A stretch of 64,000 nt of DNA. Origin: a candidate division FCPU426 bacterium. Lineage in GTDB: Bacteria > Oederibacteriota > Muellerivitia > Muellerivitales > Muellerivitaceae. Positions 16,526 to 26,285 of the stretch are shown here, piece after piece. A program made the position numbers and the translations under genes. The DNA lies in NCBI GenBank assembly GCA_963738405.1, contig CAVTWJ010000016.1:33507-97506 (forward strand). The letters are read 5' to 3'. Positions within the stretch are counted from its first letter, which is position 1, and each line of letters starts with the position of its first letter. The notes beneath the pieces are model-generated. The model ran no database searches. It was given only the letters and a program-made list of their open reading frames with translations, and had not been told where the DNA came from.

Positions 16526-17455
16526 TTAGACCCGTCCATAATGGTCAAGAATTTCCTGTCCGCCGTTCTCAATGAAAAACTGGGCGAGACGCTCGCCCAA
16601 GGCCAGGGGGTTATCTTTCAAATCCCTCATGCTGTCTTTAATGATAATTTCACCGGTGGAATCGGCCACGACCCCCGTGAGACGGAGTACTTCCCCTTCC
16701 AAAATAGCCAGGGCGCCCACCGGCACCCGGCAGCCGCCCTGCAGGGCCTTAAGGAAAGATCTTTCGGCCATGGCGCAGATGCGGGTGGCGGGGTCATTCA
16801 AGGGGCGAAGCTTTTCCAGCATGTCATGGTCGTGGGAAAGCGCCGTGATGACCAGGATGCCCTGGGCCGGGGCGGGAACCATGACTTCGGGGTCTAAAAA
16901 TTCGGTGATTTCCGCTTCCCTTCCCAATCGCTTCATGCCCGCGGCGGCCAAAAGGATGGCGTCCACCTCGCCCGCTTGAAGTTTTTTGATTCGAGAATCC
17001 ACGTTGCCGCGGATAGGCACCACCGTTAGATCGGGACGGGCGGCCTTCAGCTGGGCTTCCCGGCGGGGCGAGCTGGTGCCCACCTTGGAACCGGCGGGCA
17101 GTTGGGCCAGCAGATGGCCCTCCCTTGAAATGAGAGCATCCCTGGGATCTTCCCGGGCGATGAGTGCGGCATAGACGATGCCGTGGGGCAAGGTCGTGGG
17201 CACATCCTTGAGGCTGTGGATGGCGGCCCGGATGGTGCCGTTGAGGAGTGCGTCATCTAATTCCCTCGTGAAAAGGCCGGGAGGAATGCCCGTCAAATCG
17301 GTAGGCGCCGGTTGCACGCCCCAAGCGTCGCCCTGAGTTTTAACTACCCGCAATTCCAATGGTTCATTAGGCAAAAGCTTGGCCATTTCGTTTAGCACCA
17401 TGCCCGCTTGGGCTAGGGCCAGTTGGCTTCCGCGGGTGCCGATGATTAAAGGCAT
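16526..17455 (-). CDS. hemC: Hydroxymethylbilane synthase
   Basis: IGTRGSQLALAQ, HSLKDVPT, GTSSPRR, IRGNVDSR, GGCRVPVG. Confidence 0.97.
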   Translation of the reverse strand: MPLIIGTRGSQLALAQAGMVLNEMAKLLPNEPLELRVVKTQGDAWGVQPAPTDLTGIPPGLFTRELDDALLNGTIRAAIHSLKDVPTTLPHGIVYAALIAREDPRDALISREGHLLAQLPAGSKVGTSSPRREAQLKAARPDLTVVPIRGNVDSRIKKLQAGEVDAILLAAAGMKRLGREAEITEFLDPEVMVPAPAQGILVITALSHDHDMLEKLRPLNDPATRICAMAERSFLKALQGGCRVPVGALAILEGEVLRLTGVVADSTGEIIIKDSMRDLKDNPLALGERLAQFFIENGGQEILDHYGRV

Positions 17456-17482
17456 GGAACGCCTAAGGGGAGGCTGTTGAAT

Positions 17483-18757
17483 TTAAGCATCGGGATGTTC
17501 CTCAAAAAGGCTGAAGATTTCACTCAACATGCGGGCATACTCAAACCGGTCCGTTTCCTGGGTGATGGTTTTTAAATTGACCGAAGGTTCGTGTAGAAGC
17601 TTCCCCACCAGGTCATGGGTGAGCTTTTCCACCGCCCTGCGTTCTTTTTCGCCAAGGGACGGGTTCTTTTTGAAAAACTCGTCCAGTTCCCTCTTACGGG
17701 CCGTTTCGTATTTATTCCTCAACCTTACCACCGTAGGCACCAGTTCCAGGGTGTTGAGCCAGGAACAAAGTTTTTCCACTTCCTCTTTTAGAATCGCTTC
17801 GGCGTTTTGGGAGGCCTTTTGGCGCTCATCCCGGTTGCGGTTGGCCAATTGGGAAAGGTCGTCGATGTTATAGAGATAGAGGGAGTTGATTCCCGAGGCC
17901 GATTCCTCCACGTTGCGGGGTACCCCTGTATCAATGATGAAGAGGGGGTTGCCCTGCCTTTGTCTCATCGCCTCCTCCAACCTTTCGCGGGTCAGGAGGG
18001 GCTGCGGCCCGGCCACAGAAGTGAGGATAATATCGACCTGGGATAATTGGGAGAGGGCATCCTCCAAGGGCAGGGCCTTGCCGCCCAGGGAGGCGGCCAG
18101 GGTTTTCGCCTTTTCCAGTGTTCGGTTGGCCAGGCGGAAACCCCTGACCCCCGCGTCGAACAGGTATTTGGCGGTTAGCTCGCTCATTTCCCCGGCGCCG
18201 ATTAAGAGAACCTGCCTTTGGGCGAGCGGGCTGAAGATTTTCCCCGCCAAATCCACCGCCACCGAGGAAACATTGGTGGGCATGCGCGCGATTTCAGTTT
18301 GGGTGCGCACCCTTTTGGCGGCGGAAAAGGCCCGGTGGAAAATGCCGTTCAAGGTGGAACCGAGGGTGCCATTGGATGCCGCGGTTTCATAAGCTTCCTT
18401 GACCTGGCCTAAGATCTGGGCTTCCCCCAGCACCATCGAATCAAGCGAGCTGGCGACCCGAAATAAGTGCAGGAAGGCCTCGGGCCCCTCGTAATGGTAA
18501 AAGTACCGGGAAATTTCCTTGGGACGAAGCCGGTGGTGTTTGAACAAACTCCGGTGCACCGTTTCCAGGGCTTCTTTCTCCCGGTCGGTGGCGAAGTAAA
18601 ACTCCACCCGGTTGCAGGTGGAAAGAAAAACCGCCTGGGGAGCCGATTCTTTCAAACCTTGGAGTGTTTCCCCCACCTGCTCAGGGGTCAGGGCGTATTT
18701 TTCCCGGACCGATACGGGAGCGGTGCGGTGATTGAGCCCGTAGGCGATGAATTTCAT
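17483..18757 (-). CDS. hemA: Glutamyl-tRNA reductase
   Basis: GLNHRTAP, LSTCNRVEFY, SLDSMVLGEAQILGQVK, IGAGEM. Confidence 0.97.
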   Translation of the reverse strand: MKFIAYGLNHRTAPVSVREKYALTPEQVGETLQGLKESAPQAVFLSTCNRVEFYFATDREKEALETVHRSLFKHHRLRPKEISRYFYHYEGPEAFLHLFRVASSLDSMVLGEAQILGQVKEAYETAASNGTLGSTLNGIFHRAFSAAKRVRTQTEIARMPTNVSSVAVDLAGKIFSPLAQRQVLLIGAGEMSELTAKYLFDAGVRGFRLANRTLEKAKTLAASLGGKALPLEDALSQLSQVDIILTSVAGPQPLLTRERLEEAMRQRQGNPLFIIDTGVPRNVEESASGINSLYLYNIDDLSQLANRNRDERQKASQNAEAILKEEVEKLCSWLNTLELVPTVVRLRNKYETARKRELDEFFKKNPSLGEKERRAVEKLTHDLVGKLLHEPSVNLKTITQETDRFEYARMLSEIFSLFEEHPDA

Positions 18758-19587
18758 GGAACGGCTTTCCAGAACAGATGCTGGGTCTGGAGAAAAACCT
18801 GGACCCCCACAAAGGTAAAGAGGGCCAAAAAGTAGCCTGCCATCACCAGCGCCATGGTCTTACGGCCCCTGATCTTGAAACCCCATCGAGCCAAAAAGAA
18901 ACCCGCGTAAATCAAGAGCACCAAAAAGGCCCCCAAAATCTTGGGGTCGCCTATGGGAAGGCGGTTCCAGACCAAAAAAGCCTGGTAGGTTCCAAGGACG
19001 AGGCCGATGAGCCAAAAGAGAAATCCCCAACCGATGTAAAAAACCGTCAGGCGGTCCAAAAGCTCCAGCGGCGGAAGACGAAAACTCCAGGGCTTCATTT
19101 GGTGGCGTTTCAGCTGGCCTTCCTGGATCCAAAAGGCCACCCCCACCCCAAAGCCCAGCGTGAAACAGGCGAACCCCAAGAAGATCGAAAAGATGTGGCA
19201 GGCCATCCAGAGGGTCATGAGGGATGGGTTGGGAAAAACCGAATCCTTGAAACTCAAAGCGAATCCCATCAAGGCCAAAAAAAACACCAGGGGCAGAAAA
19301 AGCGAAGTCAGGAGGGGGACGGGAGCACGGAGCCTGCCCATCCAAAGCGCGATCCCTAAGCAATAGGTGATGACCAAAAGAATCCCACTCAGGGTCAAAA
19401 GGGGCGGATAACCCGTTTCCACCCATTGAATCAGTATCATGGCGGATTGGACGGCGAGGGCCCCGCCCAGCCAGGAACCCGCTTTCCCATCCTGGGCCTC
19501 ATCCATCGAAAGGTAATACCGCATGGAAAACCAGGCCGCCAGGCCCAGCAGGATGACGCTAACCGCAGAGAACAGTTGGACGGCCAT
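18754..19587 (-). CDS. ccsA: Cytochrome c assembly (CcsA/HemX-like) membrane protein
   Basis: About 8 TM helices; conserved His (ACHIF, TQHLF), LPPLELLDRL, DPKI; typical position upstream of hemA. Confidence 0.8.
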   Translation of the reverse strand: MAVQLFSAVSVILLGLAAWFSMRYYLSMDEAQDGKAGSWLGGALAVQSAMILIQWVETGYPPLLTLSGILLVITYCLGIALWMGRLRAPVPLLTSLFLPLVFFLALMGFALSFKDSVFPNPSLMTLWMACHIFSIFLGFACFTLGFGVGVAFWIQEGQLKRHQMKPWSFRLPPLELLDRLTVFYIGWGFLFWLIGLVLGTYQAFLVWNRLPIGDPKILGAFLVLLIYAGFFLARWGFKIRGRKTMALVMAGYFLALFTFVGVQVFLQTQHLFWKAVP

Positions 19588-19676
19588 TTTGCCCTTCCTT
19601 TTGCCGGTCTTCGTTGTGAGAAAGCTATTTTCGACTTACGGGTAGGCCTTTGCAACTCAAGACCCTTTTCCGCAAT

Positions 19677-19708
19677 AAAAAAACCCCGGTCCTTACGGCC
19701 GGGGTTTC
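19677..19708 (-). terminator. Intrinsic terminator after nuoN
   Basis: AAACCCCGG-N-CCGGGGTTT stem followed by a T-tract on the minus strand. Confidence 0.8.
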
Positions 19709-19728
19709 GGAATGGGAAGTTTTAACTT

Positions 19729-21198
19729 TTAAAAGATGCTGGAGGCGGCCGCTTCGGCGAGTTTCATGATGGGGGCTGGCCAAAAGCCCAAAACCACCGT
19801 CACGATGATGCATAGAAGGAGAACGGCCTTTTCGAGCACATTGACGGGAATGGGGGATGGGTCCGCTGCGTCCGAAACCAAAGCCGTCTTAGCCACCATG
19901 AGGTAATAGTAAAGAGACACCACGCTGAAAACCATGCCGACTAAGGCCAGCCAGGTATAGCCCTGGTGGATGGCAGCGCCGAAGAGGTACCACTTCCCCG
20001 AGAAGCCGGCAAAGGGCGGCACACCCGCCAGGGAAAGCAGGCCCACTAAAAGCATCACGCCGATAATCGGCGATCTTTTCCAAAGACCCGCGAAATCGGC
20101 GGTGTTCTCGCTTCCCGTCTTGGCGGAAACCAGGCTGATGGAAAGGAAAACCCCCATGTTGGCGAAGAGGTAAACAAAAAGGTAAAAGAGAACGGCCGTC
20201 AGGCCCAGTTGCCCCCCCGCCAGGAACCCGGTGGAAATGTAACCCGCTTGGGCGATGGAGGAATAGGCCATGAGGCGTTTCAAATTGGTTTGGGGCAGGG
20301 CTTCCAAGTTGCCGAGAACGATGCTGGCAGCCGCAAGAACCGCGAAGAGGCCGACCCAAACCGGTTGGAGCGAAGGCACCGCCAGCCCCACCCAAAAGAG
20401 CCGGACGAAGGCGGCAAACCCGGCCGTCTTGGAAGCCGTTGAAAGAAATGCCGTAATGGGCGTGGGGGCTCCCTCATAGACATCCGGCGTCCACATGTGG
20501 AAAGGCGCCAGGGAAATTTTGAAGGACAACCCAGCGATCACCAAAATCACGGCCAAGACCCCGAGGGGTGAAACCGGTTGGAGAGCCAAGGCCTTCGCGA
20601 TGCCCGCCAAGGTGGTGGTTCCGGCGAGTCCGTAGAGATAGGAAAATCCAAACAACAAAAGGGCGGATGAGAAGGCCCCAATGAGCAGATACTTCATTCC
20701 GGCTTCGTTGCTCTTGGTGTCCTTTTTCATGAAAGAGGCCAAAAGATAACTGCTGATGGTGAGGGTTTCCAGGGCGATATAAAGAGTCACCACTTCCTGG
20801 GCGGAAGACAAGGCGGAAGCGCCGGCGGCGGAAAAAAGCAGAATGGACAAAAATTCCGCCGGGTAGGGCGTGGGCTGGGCCTTGAAATGCCGGTGGGTGA
20901 TCACCAAAGTCAGCAGGGTCGCCAGCAACACCACCATTTTGAAAAAAACGGCAAGGGCATCCAATTTGAGGAAGCCGTTGAAGGTTTCACTCGGAAAAAG
21001 GCCGAGCGAGCAAGCCCCCGAGCAGCAGAGGCTGCCGAGGCAAGGGAGTGTGACCAGCGCCCCCAGGATGCCGAGTGCGGCCACCCAGCTCAATACAACG
21101 CGATCTGTTTCTTTTTTCATAACCAAATCGAAAAGAAGGATCAGCACCGCGGTGGATACCAGCCAAATTTCCGGAAGAAAAACGGAGTATTGGATCAC
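19729..21198 (-). CDS. nuoN: NADH-quinone oxidoreductase subunit N
   Basis: SNEAGMKY, FKISLAPFHMWTPDVYEGAPTP, KRLMAYSSIAQAGY. Confidence 0.95.
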   Translation of the reverse strand: MIQYSVFLPEIWLVSTAVLILLFDLVMKKETDRVVLSWVAALGILGALVTLPCLGSLCCSGACSLGLFPSETFNGFLKLDALAVFFKMVVLLATLLTLVITHRHFKAQPTPYPAEFLSILLFSAAGASALSSAQEVVTLYIALETLTISSYLLASFMKKDTKSNEAGMKYLLIGAFSSALLLFGFSYLYGLAGTTTLAGIAKALALQPVSPLGVLAVILVIAGLSFKISLAPFHMWTPDVYEGAPTPITAFLSTASKTAGFAAFVRLFWVGLAVPSLQPVWVGLFAVLAAASIVLGNLEALPQTNLKRLMAYSSIAQAGYISTGFLAGGQLGLTAVLFYLFVYLFANMGVFLSISLVSAKTGSENTADFAGLWKRSPIIGVMLLVGLLSLAGVPPFAGFSGKWYLFGAAIHQGYTWLALVGMVFSVVSLYYYLMVAKTALVSDAADPSPIPVNVLEKAVLLLCIIVTVVLGFWPAPIMKLAEAAASSIF

Positions 21199-22760
21199 TT
21201 GAAGCCTCCGATCAAATCCACCAGCGGAGCGATGGCGCTATTGGAAAGATCCACGAAAGGTTTGGGGTAAAGCCCGACCGCGAGGGACACGATGAGGAGG
21301 AAGGCGATGGGAAGAATTTCAATGAATCCCCCGTCTTGGGCGCCCTCCAGCATGTGCGGGTCTTTGACGGGGCCGTAAAACACCATTTGAACCAGGCGCA
21401 GGTAGTAAACCGCCGTCATGACGATGGAAAGAATCGCGATCGGAAAGATGATTTGGAAAATACTGAACCCGCTCTTGAAGGCCCCCATGAAGATCAGGAA
21501 TTCGCCCACGAAGCCGCTGAGGCCCGGCAAGCCCACATTGGCCATGGCCGCTGCCACAAAAAGTCCGCCCAGGATGGGCATGACCTTCGCCAGACCGCCT
21601 AACTTGGCCAGTTCCCTCGTATGGGCCTTGCCATAGACCGTTCCCACCAAGGCGAAGGTCATGGCCGCCACGATGCCGTGCGACAAGGTTTGAATGACCG
21701 CCCCATTCAAACCCGCCACCTGCAGAGTGCAAATGCCAAAGAGGATGGCCCCGCAATGGGAGACGGAAGAATAGGCGATGACATATTTGAAGTCTTTCTG
21801 TTTCAGCGCCACGAAGGCCGCGTAAAGGATGTTAATCAGGGTTAAGACCACCAGGAATGGAAGCCAGTATTTGGCCCCATCCGGAAAGGCGGGCAGGGCC
21901 ACCCGGATGATGCTGTAGCCGCCCAGGCTCTTCAAGACCCCGGCATGGAGCATCGACGCCGCGGTAGGGGCGGAACCATATCCATCAGGCGACCAGGTAT
22001 GGAAAGGGAAAACAGCCGCGATGACCCCAAAGCCCAGGAACAACAGCGGAAACCAGAATTTCTGAAATTCGGGGGTGAAGCCCGTTTGCGAGAGGTGACC
22101 TAAGATACGGATGTCGAAGGTGTGGACGCTGGAAGTGAAATACATGGCAAGGAAACCCACCAGCATGAAGGCCGAACCAGCGAGGAGCATAACCGTCAGC
22201 TTCATGGCCGCGTATTCCTTGCGCCCCGAACCCCAAATGCCCACCAAAAGATACATGGGAAGCACCGCGAACTCGTAAAAGAGGAAAAAGAAGAAGAGAT
22301 CGAGGCTGACATAGGCCCCGGCGACCCCGCCGACCAAGAGGGAAAAGAGCACATAATATTCACGCGTGCGCAGGGTGATATTCCAGGAAATCAGCGTGCC
22401 GGCGAAATAAACGCAGGCCACCAGGAAAACCATGAGGGTGCTCATGCCGTCCACGCCCAGGAGATAGTTAATCCCTAAGTTGGAAAGCCAGGGCACCTTC
22501 TCGACGAATTGGAACCCGCCCTCAGCCACCGAAAAGGACGTCAACACATAGAAGGCAAGACCCAGTTCCAAGGAGGCGGCAATGAGGCTGATCCACCGGA
22601 TCATCTTTTCGCCCGCGACCAAAATGGCCAGCGCGGCCAGGTTGGGGATCAGGATAAAGGATGTCAAAATCGGGAGGCAGGCGCAACCCGGGCCCGCACT
22701 ATGAAAAACAAAATAAGAGGCCAGGAAAGGCAGGATGATAGCGGTTAGAACTGGAAGCAT
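21195..22760 (-). CDS. nuoM: NADH-quinone oxidoreductase subunit M
   Basis: LGVDGMS, DLFFFFLFYE, FPFHTWSPD, IAYSSVSH, GLPGLSGFVGEF. Confidence 0.95.
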   Translation of the reverse strand: MLPVLTAIILPFLASYFVFHSAGPGCACLPILTSFILIPNLAALAILVAGEKMIRWISLIAASLELGLAFYVLTSFSVAEGGFQFVEKVPWLSNLGINYLLGVDGMSTLMVFLVACVYFAGTLISWNITLRTREYYVLFSLLVGGVAGAYVSLDLFFFFLFYEFAVLPMYLLVGIWGSGRKEYAAMKLTVMLLAGSAFMLVGFLAMYFTSSVHTFDIRILGHLSQTGFTPEFQKFWFPLLFLGFGVIAAVFPFHTWSPDGYGSAPTAASMLHAGVLKSLGGYSIIRVALPAFPDGAKYWLPFLVVLTLINILYAAFVALKQKDFKYVIAYSSVSHCGAILFGICTLQVAGLNGAVIQTLSHGIVAAMTFALVGTVYGKAHTRELAKLGGLAKVMPILGGLFVAAAMANVGLPGLSGFVGEFLIFMGAFKSGFSIFQIIFPIAILSIVMTAVYYLRLVQMVFYGPVKDPHMLEGAQDGGFIEILPIAFLLIVSLAVGLYPKPFVDLSNSAIAPLVDLIGGFK

Positions 22761-22872
22761 TCGATTAGATCCTCCGGACTATTTTCAAAAACATTCAAGG
22801 CAACCCCACGATTCCTGCGGAATCTTTGGGATAGCAGGCTGATTTGCAGCCTATTTCATTTTTTGCAGCCTG

Positions 22873-24756
22873 CTAGAAACTAACGATTAGAAAAAGAACC
22901 GCGACAGCGCCAAATATAACGAGTGCGTAGTTCTGAACATAGCCGGTTTGGGTGAGGCGGAAAAAGCCGCCCATCTTGCGGGCCGTCCAACCGGCGCCGT
23001 CCACCATGCCGTCATCGATCACGTTGTCGTCGAACCAAGTAAAGACGGTAGCCATTCCAAAGACCACCTTCTGGACCATCCAACCGTAAAATTCGTCGAC
23101 ATAATATTTGTTTTTCAAGAGTAAATAGATGGGACGGAAGGTTTGCGCCACCTTGTCGGCCGAGAAAATCTTCCAGTAATAAAAACAGGCCGCCAGGGCA
23201 ATCCCTAAAAGGGATATACCGACTGAAACCCAGCCCATCGTCCAGTCGAATTCGTGGGGCTGATAGTCGCCGTAATGCAGGAACTTGGAATAGCCGTCAA
23301 AACCCGGCCAGTTGAGCCAACCCACACAAACGGAAAGGACGGCCAGAACCATAAGGGGGCCCGTCATGGAAAGAGGTGATTCGTGGGCATGGTCATGGGC
23401 GTGAGGATCGCGAGGCTCCCCGGTAAAGACCACGAAGAAGAGGCGAAACATGTAGAAGGCGGTCAGGAAGGCCGTGAAGACGGCGGCGGCGTAAAGGATC
23501 TCATGGCCCGGAACCGAGCTTTCCCTCACGGCGTCAAGGATGGCGTCCTTGGAGAAAAAGCCCGCCAGGGGAAATATCCCCGCGATCGCAAGGGTCGCGA
23601 CCGCGAAGGTCACGGCGGTAATTTTCATTTTTTTGGCTAAGCCGCCCATTTTCCAGATGTCCTGGTTATGCAGCCCGTGAATAACGCTTCCCGCGCCCAG
23701 GAATAGCAGGGCCTTGAAGCAGGCATGGGTAGTCAAATGGAACATGCCTTGGGTATAACCGCCCACACCCAGAGCCAAAATCATGTAGCCCAGTTGGGAA
23801 AGGGTGGAATAGGCCAGGATGCGTTTGATGTCGTCCTGAGCCAGGGCGATGGTAGCCGCGAAGATGGCGGTAAAACCCCCGGTCCAGGCCACGGCGGTCA
23901 TGGCGGTTGGATCAGCGGAAAACAATAGATAGGTGCGCGCCACCATGAAAACACCGGCCGCCACCATGGTAGCGGCGTGAATGAGGGCCGAGACCGGGGT
24001 GGGGCCTTCCATAGCGTCGGGAAGCCACACATGAAGCGGAAACTGGGCGCTCTTGCCTACCGCTCCGCCAAAAAGCAAAAGGGCGATACCCGCGATATAA
24101 AGCGATGGAATGGTGTGTTTGGCCAATCCGTCAGCTACAAGGATTTGAACCTGGGCGAAATCGAAAGTCTTGAAAACCATTCCGATGGTAATGACCCCCA
24201 TGAGAAAGGCCATATCCCCAACCCGGTTGACAATGAAAGCCTTTTTGCAGGCGTCCGCGGCCTCGGGCTTGTGAAACCAGAACCCGATTAAAAGATAAGA
24301 ACAAAGCCCCACCAATTCCCAGCCCACGAAGAGCTGAAGGAAACTGGTGGAAAGCACCAAGATCAGCATGGAAGCGGTGAAAAGAGAAAGATAGGAGTAA
24401 TAGGGGGCAAATCCTTCATCGTCATGCATGTAGCCAAGCGAGTAGATTTGAACCAACAGCGAAACCAAGGTGACCACCACCAGCATGTTGGCGCCAAGAG
24501 GGTCAATCAAGACCCCGAACTGGGCGGATAGGGGGGGAAGGTCCAGCCAGGTAAAGCTGAGTGAAATGGATCGGGACGCTGGGTCCAGCCCTAAAAGTTC
24601 TGCCAGGATGCCCAGCGACAAAATCAGGCAGACCGCCATGGAGAAAATAGAGATCGTTGCGGATAGCTGGCGCGACTTGCGCGTGAACAGGGTAATGACC
24701 GCGTAGGAAAGGGCCGGCAAAGCCGGAATCAGCCAGGCGAACCGAATCATGACCAC
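22873..24756 (-). CDS. nuoL: NADH-quinone oxidoreductase subunit L
   Basis: GWELVGLCSYLLIGFW, GKSAQFPLHVWLPDAMEGPTPVSALIHAATMV, LAYSTLSQLG. Confidence 0.96.
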   Translation of the reverse strand: MVMIRFAWLIPALPALSYAVITLFTRKSRQLSATISIFSMAVCLILSLGILAELLGLDPASRSISLSFTWLDLPPLSAQFGVLIDPLGANMLVVVTLVSLLVQIYSLGYMHDDEGFAPYYSYLSLFTASMLILVLSTSFLQLFVGWELVGLCSYLLIGFWFHKPEAADACKKAFIVNRVGDMAFLMGVITIGMVFKTFDFAQVQILVADGLAKHTIPSLYIAGIALLLFGGAVGKSAQFPLHVWLPDAMEGPTPVSALIHAATMVAAGVFMVARTYLLFSADPTAMTAVAWTGGFTAIFAATIALAQDDIKRILAYSTLSQLGYMILALGVGGYTQGMFHLTTHACFKALLFLGAGSVIHGLHNQDIWKMGGLAKKMKITAVTFAVATLAIAGIFPLAGFFSKDAILDAVRESSVPGHEILYAAAVFTAFLTAFYMFRLFFVVFTGEPRDPHAHDHAHESPLSMTGPLMVLAVLSVCVGWLNWPGFDGYSKFLHYGDYQPHEFDWTMGWVSVGISLLGIALAACFYYWKIFSADKVAQTFRPIYLLLKNKYYVDEFYGWMVQKVVFGMATVFTWFDDNVIDDGMVDGAGWTARKMGGFFRLTQTGYVQNYALVIFGAVAVLFLIVSF

Positions 24757-24838
24757 CTCACTAAGATTAATACTTTAAGCATAAACACACAAAAAGATCT
24801 GCCCCAAAACCGAATGACTCCCTGCCGTTCGACGGGAA

Positions 24839-25153
24839 TCAGCCTCTCAGGGTATGGATTTCGTCGACATTGACGTTGCGCCATTGACGGTAAATGGAAA
24901 TCACAATGGCCAGCGCCACCGCGGCTTCCGCCGCGGCGATGGTGATAACAAATACAACGAAAACCTGGCCCGGCAGCGAGGCCGAACCCCAGTATTTTCC
25001 GAAGGCCAGGAAATTGATATTGACCGCATTGAGCATCAATTCAACGCCCATCAAAACCGATAGGGCGTTCTTTCGGGTTAATACCCCAACAAGACCAATG
25101 GTGAAGAGGATCGCGGCAAGATAAAGAAAATGAACGACGGGTACGGAATTCAT
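24839..25153 (-). CDS. nuoK: NADH-quinone oxidoreductase subunit K
   Basis: LMGVELMLNA, IAAAEAAVALA; likely start MNSVPVV. Confidence 0.95.
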   Translation of the reverse strand: MNSVPVVHFLYLAAILFTIGLVGVLTRKNALSVLMGVELMLNAVNINFLAFGKYWGSASLPGQVFVVFVITIAAAEAAVALAIVISIYRQWRNVNVDEIHTLRG

Positions 25154-25238
25154 GCCGACCGTCCTTTCAAGAAAAAAGAACAAAGGGGACGGCATAGAGC
25201 CGAACCCTTTTTCATGATTTTCACTGAGGAGTATTGGC

Positions 25239-25766
25239 TCATGAGGGGTCCTTTCGGGCGATCACAATGGCTCCCACAAGGGCGGAGAGAAGGAGAATCG
25301 AAACAAACTCAAAGGCAAAGGCAAACCCATTCGAGGGAAGGATGAGGGCGGGCCCCAGGGCATAAACGTTGTTCATGGCGGATGCGGCCGGCGAAGCCAG
25401 GGTTCCCGGCGGCTGATCGGACCACTGAAAAATGGATTGGACCAGGGCGAAGAGAGTCACAAAAAGAAAGGAAGCGCCCACGAGAAGTGAAAGGGGCACC
25501 TGTGAATTTCGAGCGGGGGTTTTTTCGTCCATCACATTCCGCGTCAACATGATCCCGAATATGACAAGAATGGTCACAGCCCCGACGTAGATCAGAACCT
25601 GGACGGCGGCTAAAAACTCGGACCCGAGGAAAAGAAACACGCCCGAGACGCCGAACATGGCCACCGCCAGAAACAAAGCGCAGTGAAAAAGATTTTTCAA
25701 CGCCACCACCATGAGGGCGGAAAGAATCACGATCGCGGCGATGGCGTAAAAAACATAGGGGGTCAT
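25239..25766 (-). CDS. nuoJ: NADH-quinone oxidoreductase subunit J
   Basis: EFLAAVQVLIYVGAV, FEFVSILLLSALVGAI; start MTPYVFY overlaps the nuoI stop. Confidence 0.95.
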   Translation of the reverse strand: MTPYVFYAIAAIVILSALMVVALKNLFHCALFLAVAMFGVSGVFLFLGSEFLAAVQVLIYVGAVTILVIFGIMLTRNVMDEKTPARNSQVPLSLLVGASFLFVTLFALVQSIFQWSDQPPGTLASPAASAMNNVYALGPALILPSNGFAFAFEFVSILLLSALVGAIVIARKDPS

Positions 25767-26284
25767 GCTTGGGCTCCGGTGGCGGCCGCAGGAACCAGAG
25801 CGGGAGTTGCCTCTTCCGGCTTGGGGGCCAAATGGGGAGGACGTACCCACTTCATGGCATTCTCATCTTGAAGAAGGCTTCCCCGCCGGTAGACTGAATT
25901 TTCATATTCTTCAGAAACGAAGGTAAGCGCGTCGAATCCACAAGCCTCCACGCAGTAACCGCAAAAGATACAGGTGGAAAAATCGAGTTTAAAGGTCGTC
26001 ATACGCCTTTTGCCATCCGGCATGCGCACTCCCTCCAGCTTGATACAGCTGTTGGGACAGGCCTTCGCGCACATCATGCAGGCCACGCAATTGAACTGGT
26101 CTTTTTCGCCATCGTAAATCAGTTTGATCATGCTGCGGCTGCGGACCGGCAAGGGCAGGCGCTCTTCCGGATATTGGACGGTCGTGACAGGCTTGAAGAA
26201 ATATCCAATGGTGACAGAAAGACCAACCAGCAAATTCCAAAGGCCCGTCAGAACGCCCCAAAAATATTTAAAGATCGTACCCAT
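25763..26284 (-). CDS. nuoI: NADH-quinone oxidoreductase subunit I
   Basis: TVQYPEE; two ferredoxin motifs CVACMMCAKACP and CIFCGYCVEACG. Confidence 0.95.
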   Translation of the reverse strand: MGTIFKYFWGVLTGLWNLLVGLSVTIGYFFKPVTTVQYPEERLPLPVRSRSMIKLIYDGEKDQFNCVACMMCAKACPNSCIKLEGVRMPDGKRRMTTFKLDFSTCIFCGYCVEACGFDALTFVSEEYENSVYRRGSLLQDENAMKWVRPPHLAPKPEEATPALVPAAATGAQA

Positions 26285-26285
26285 G

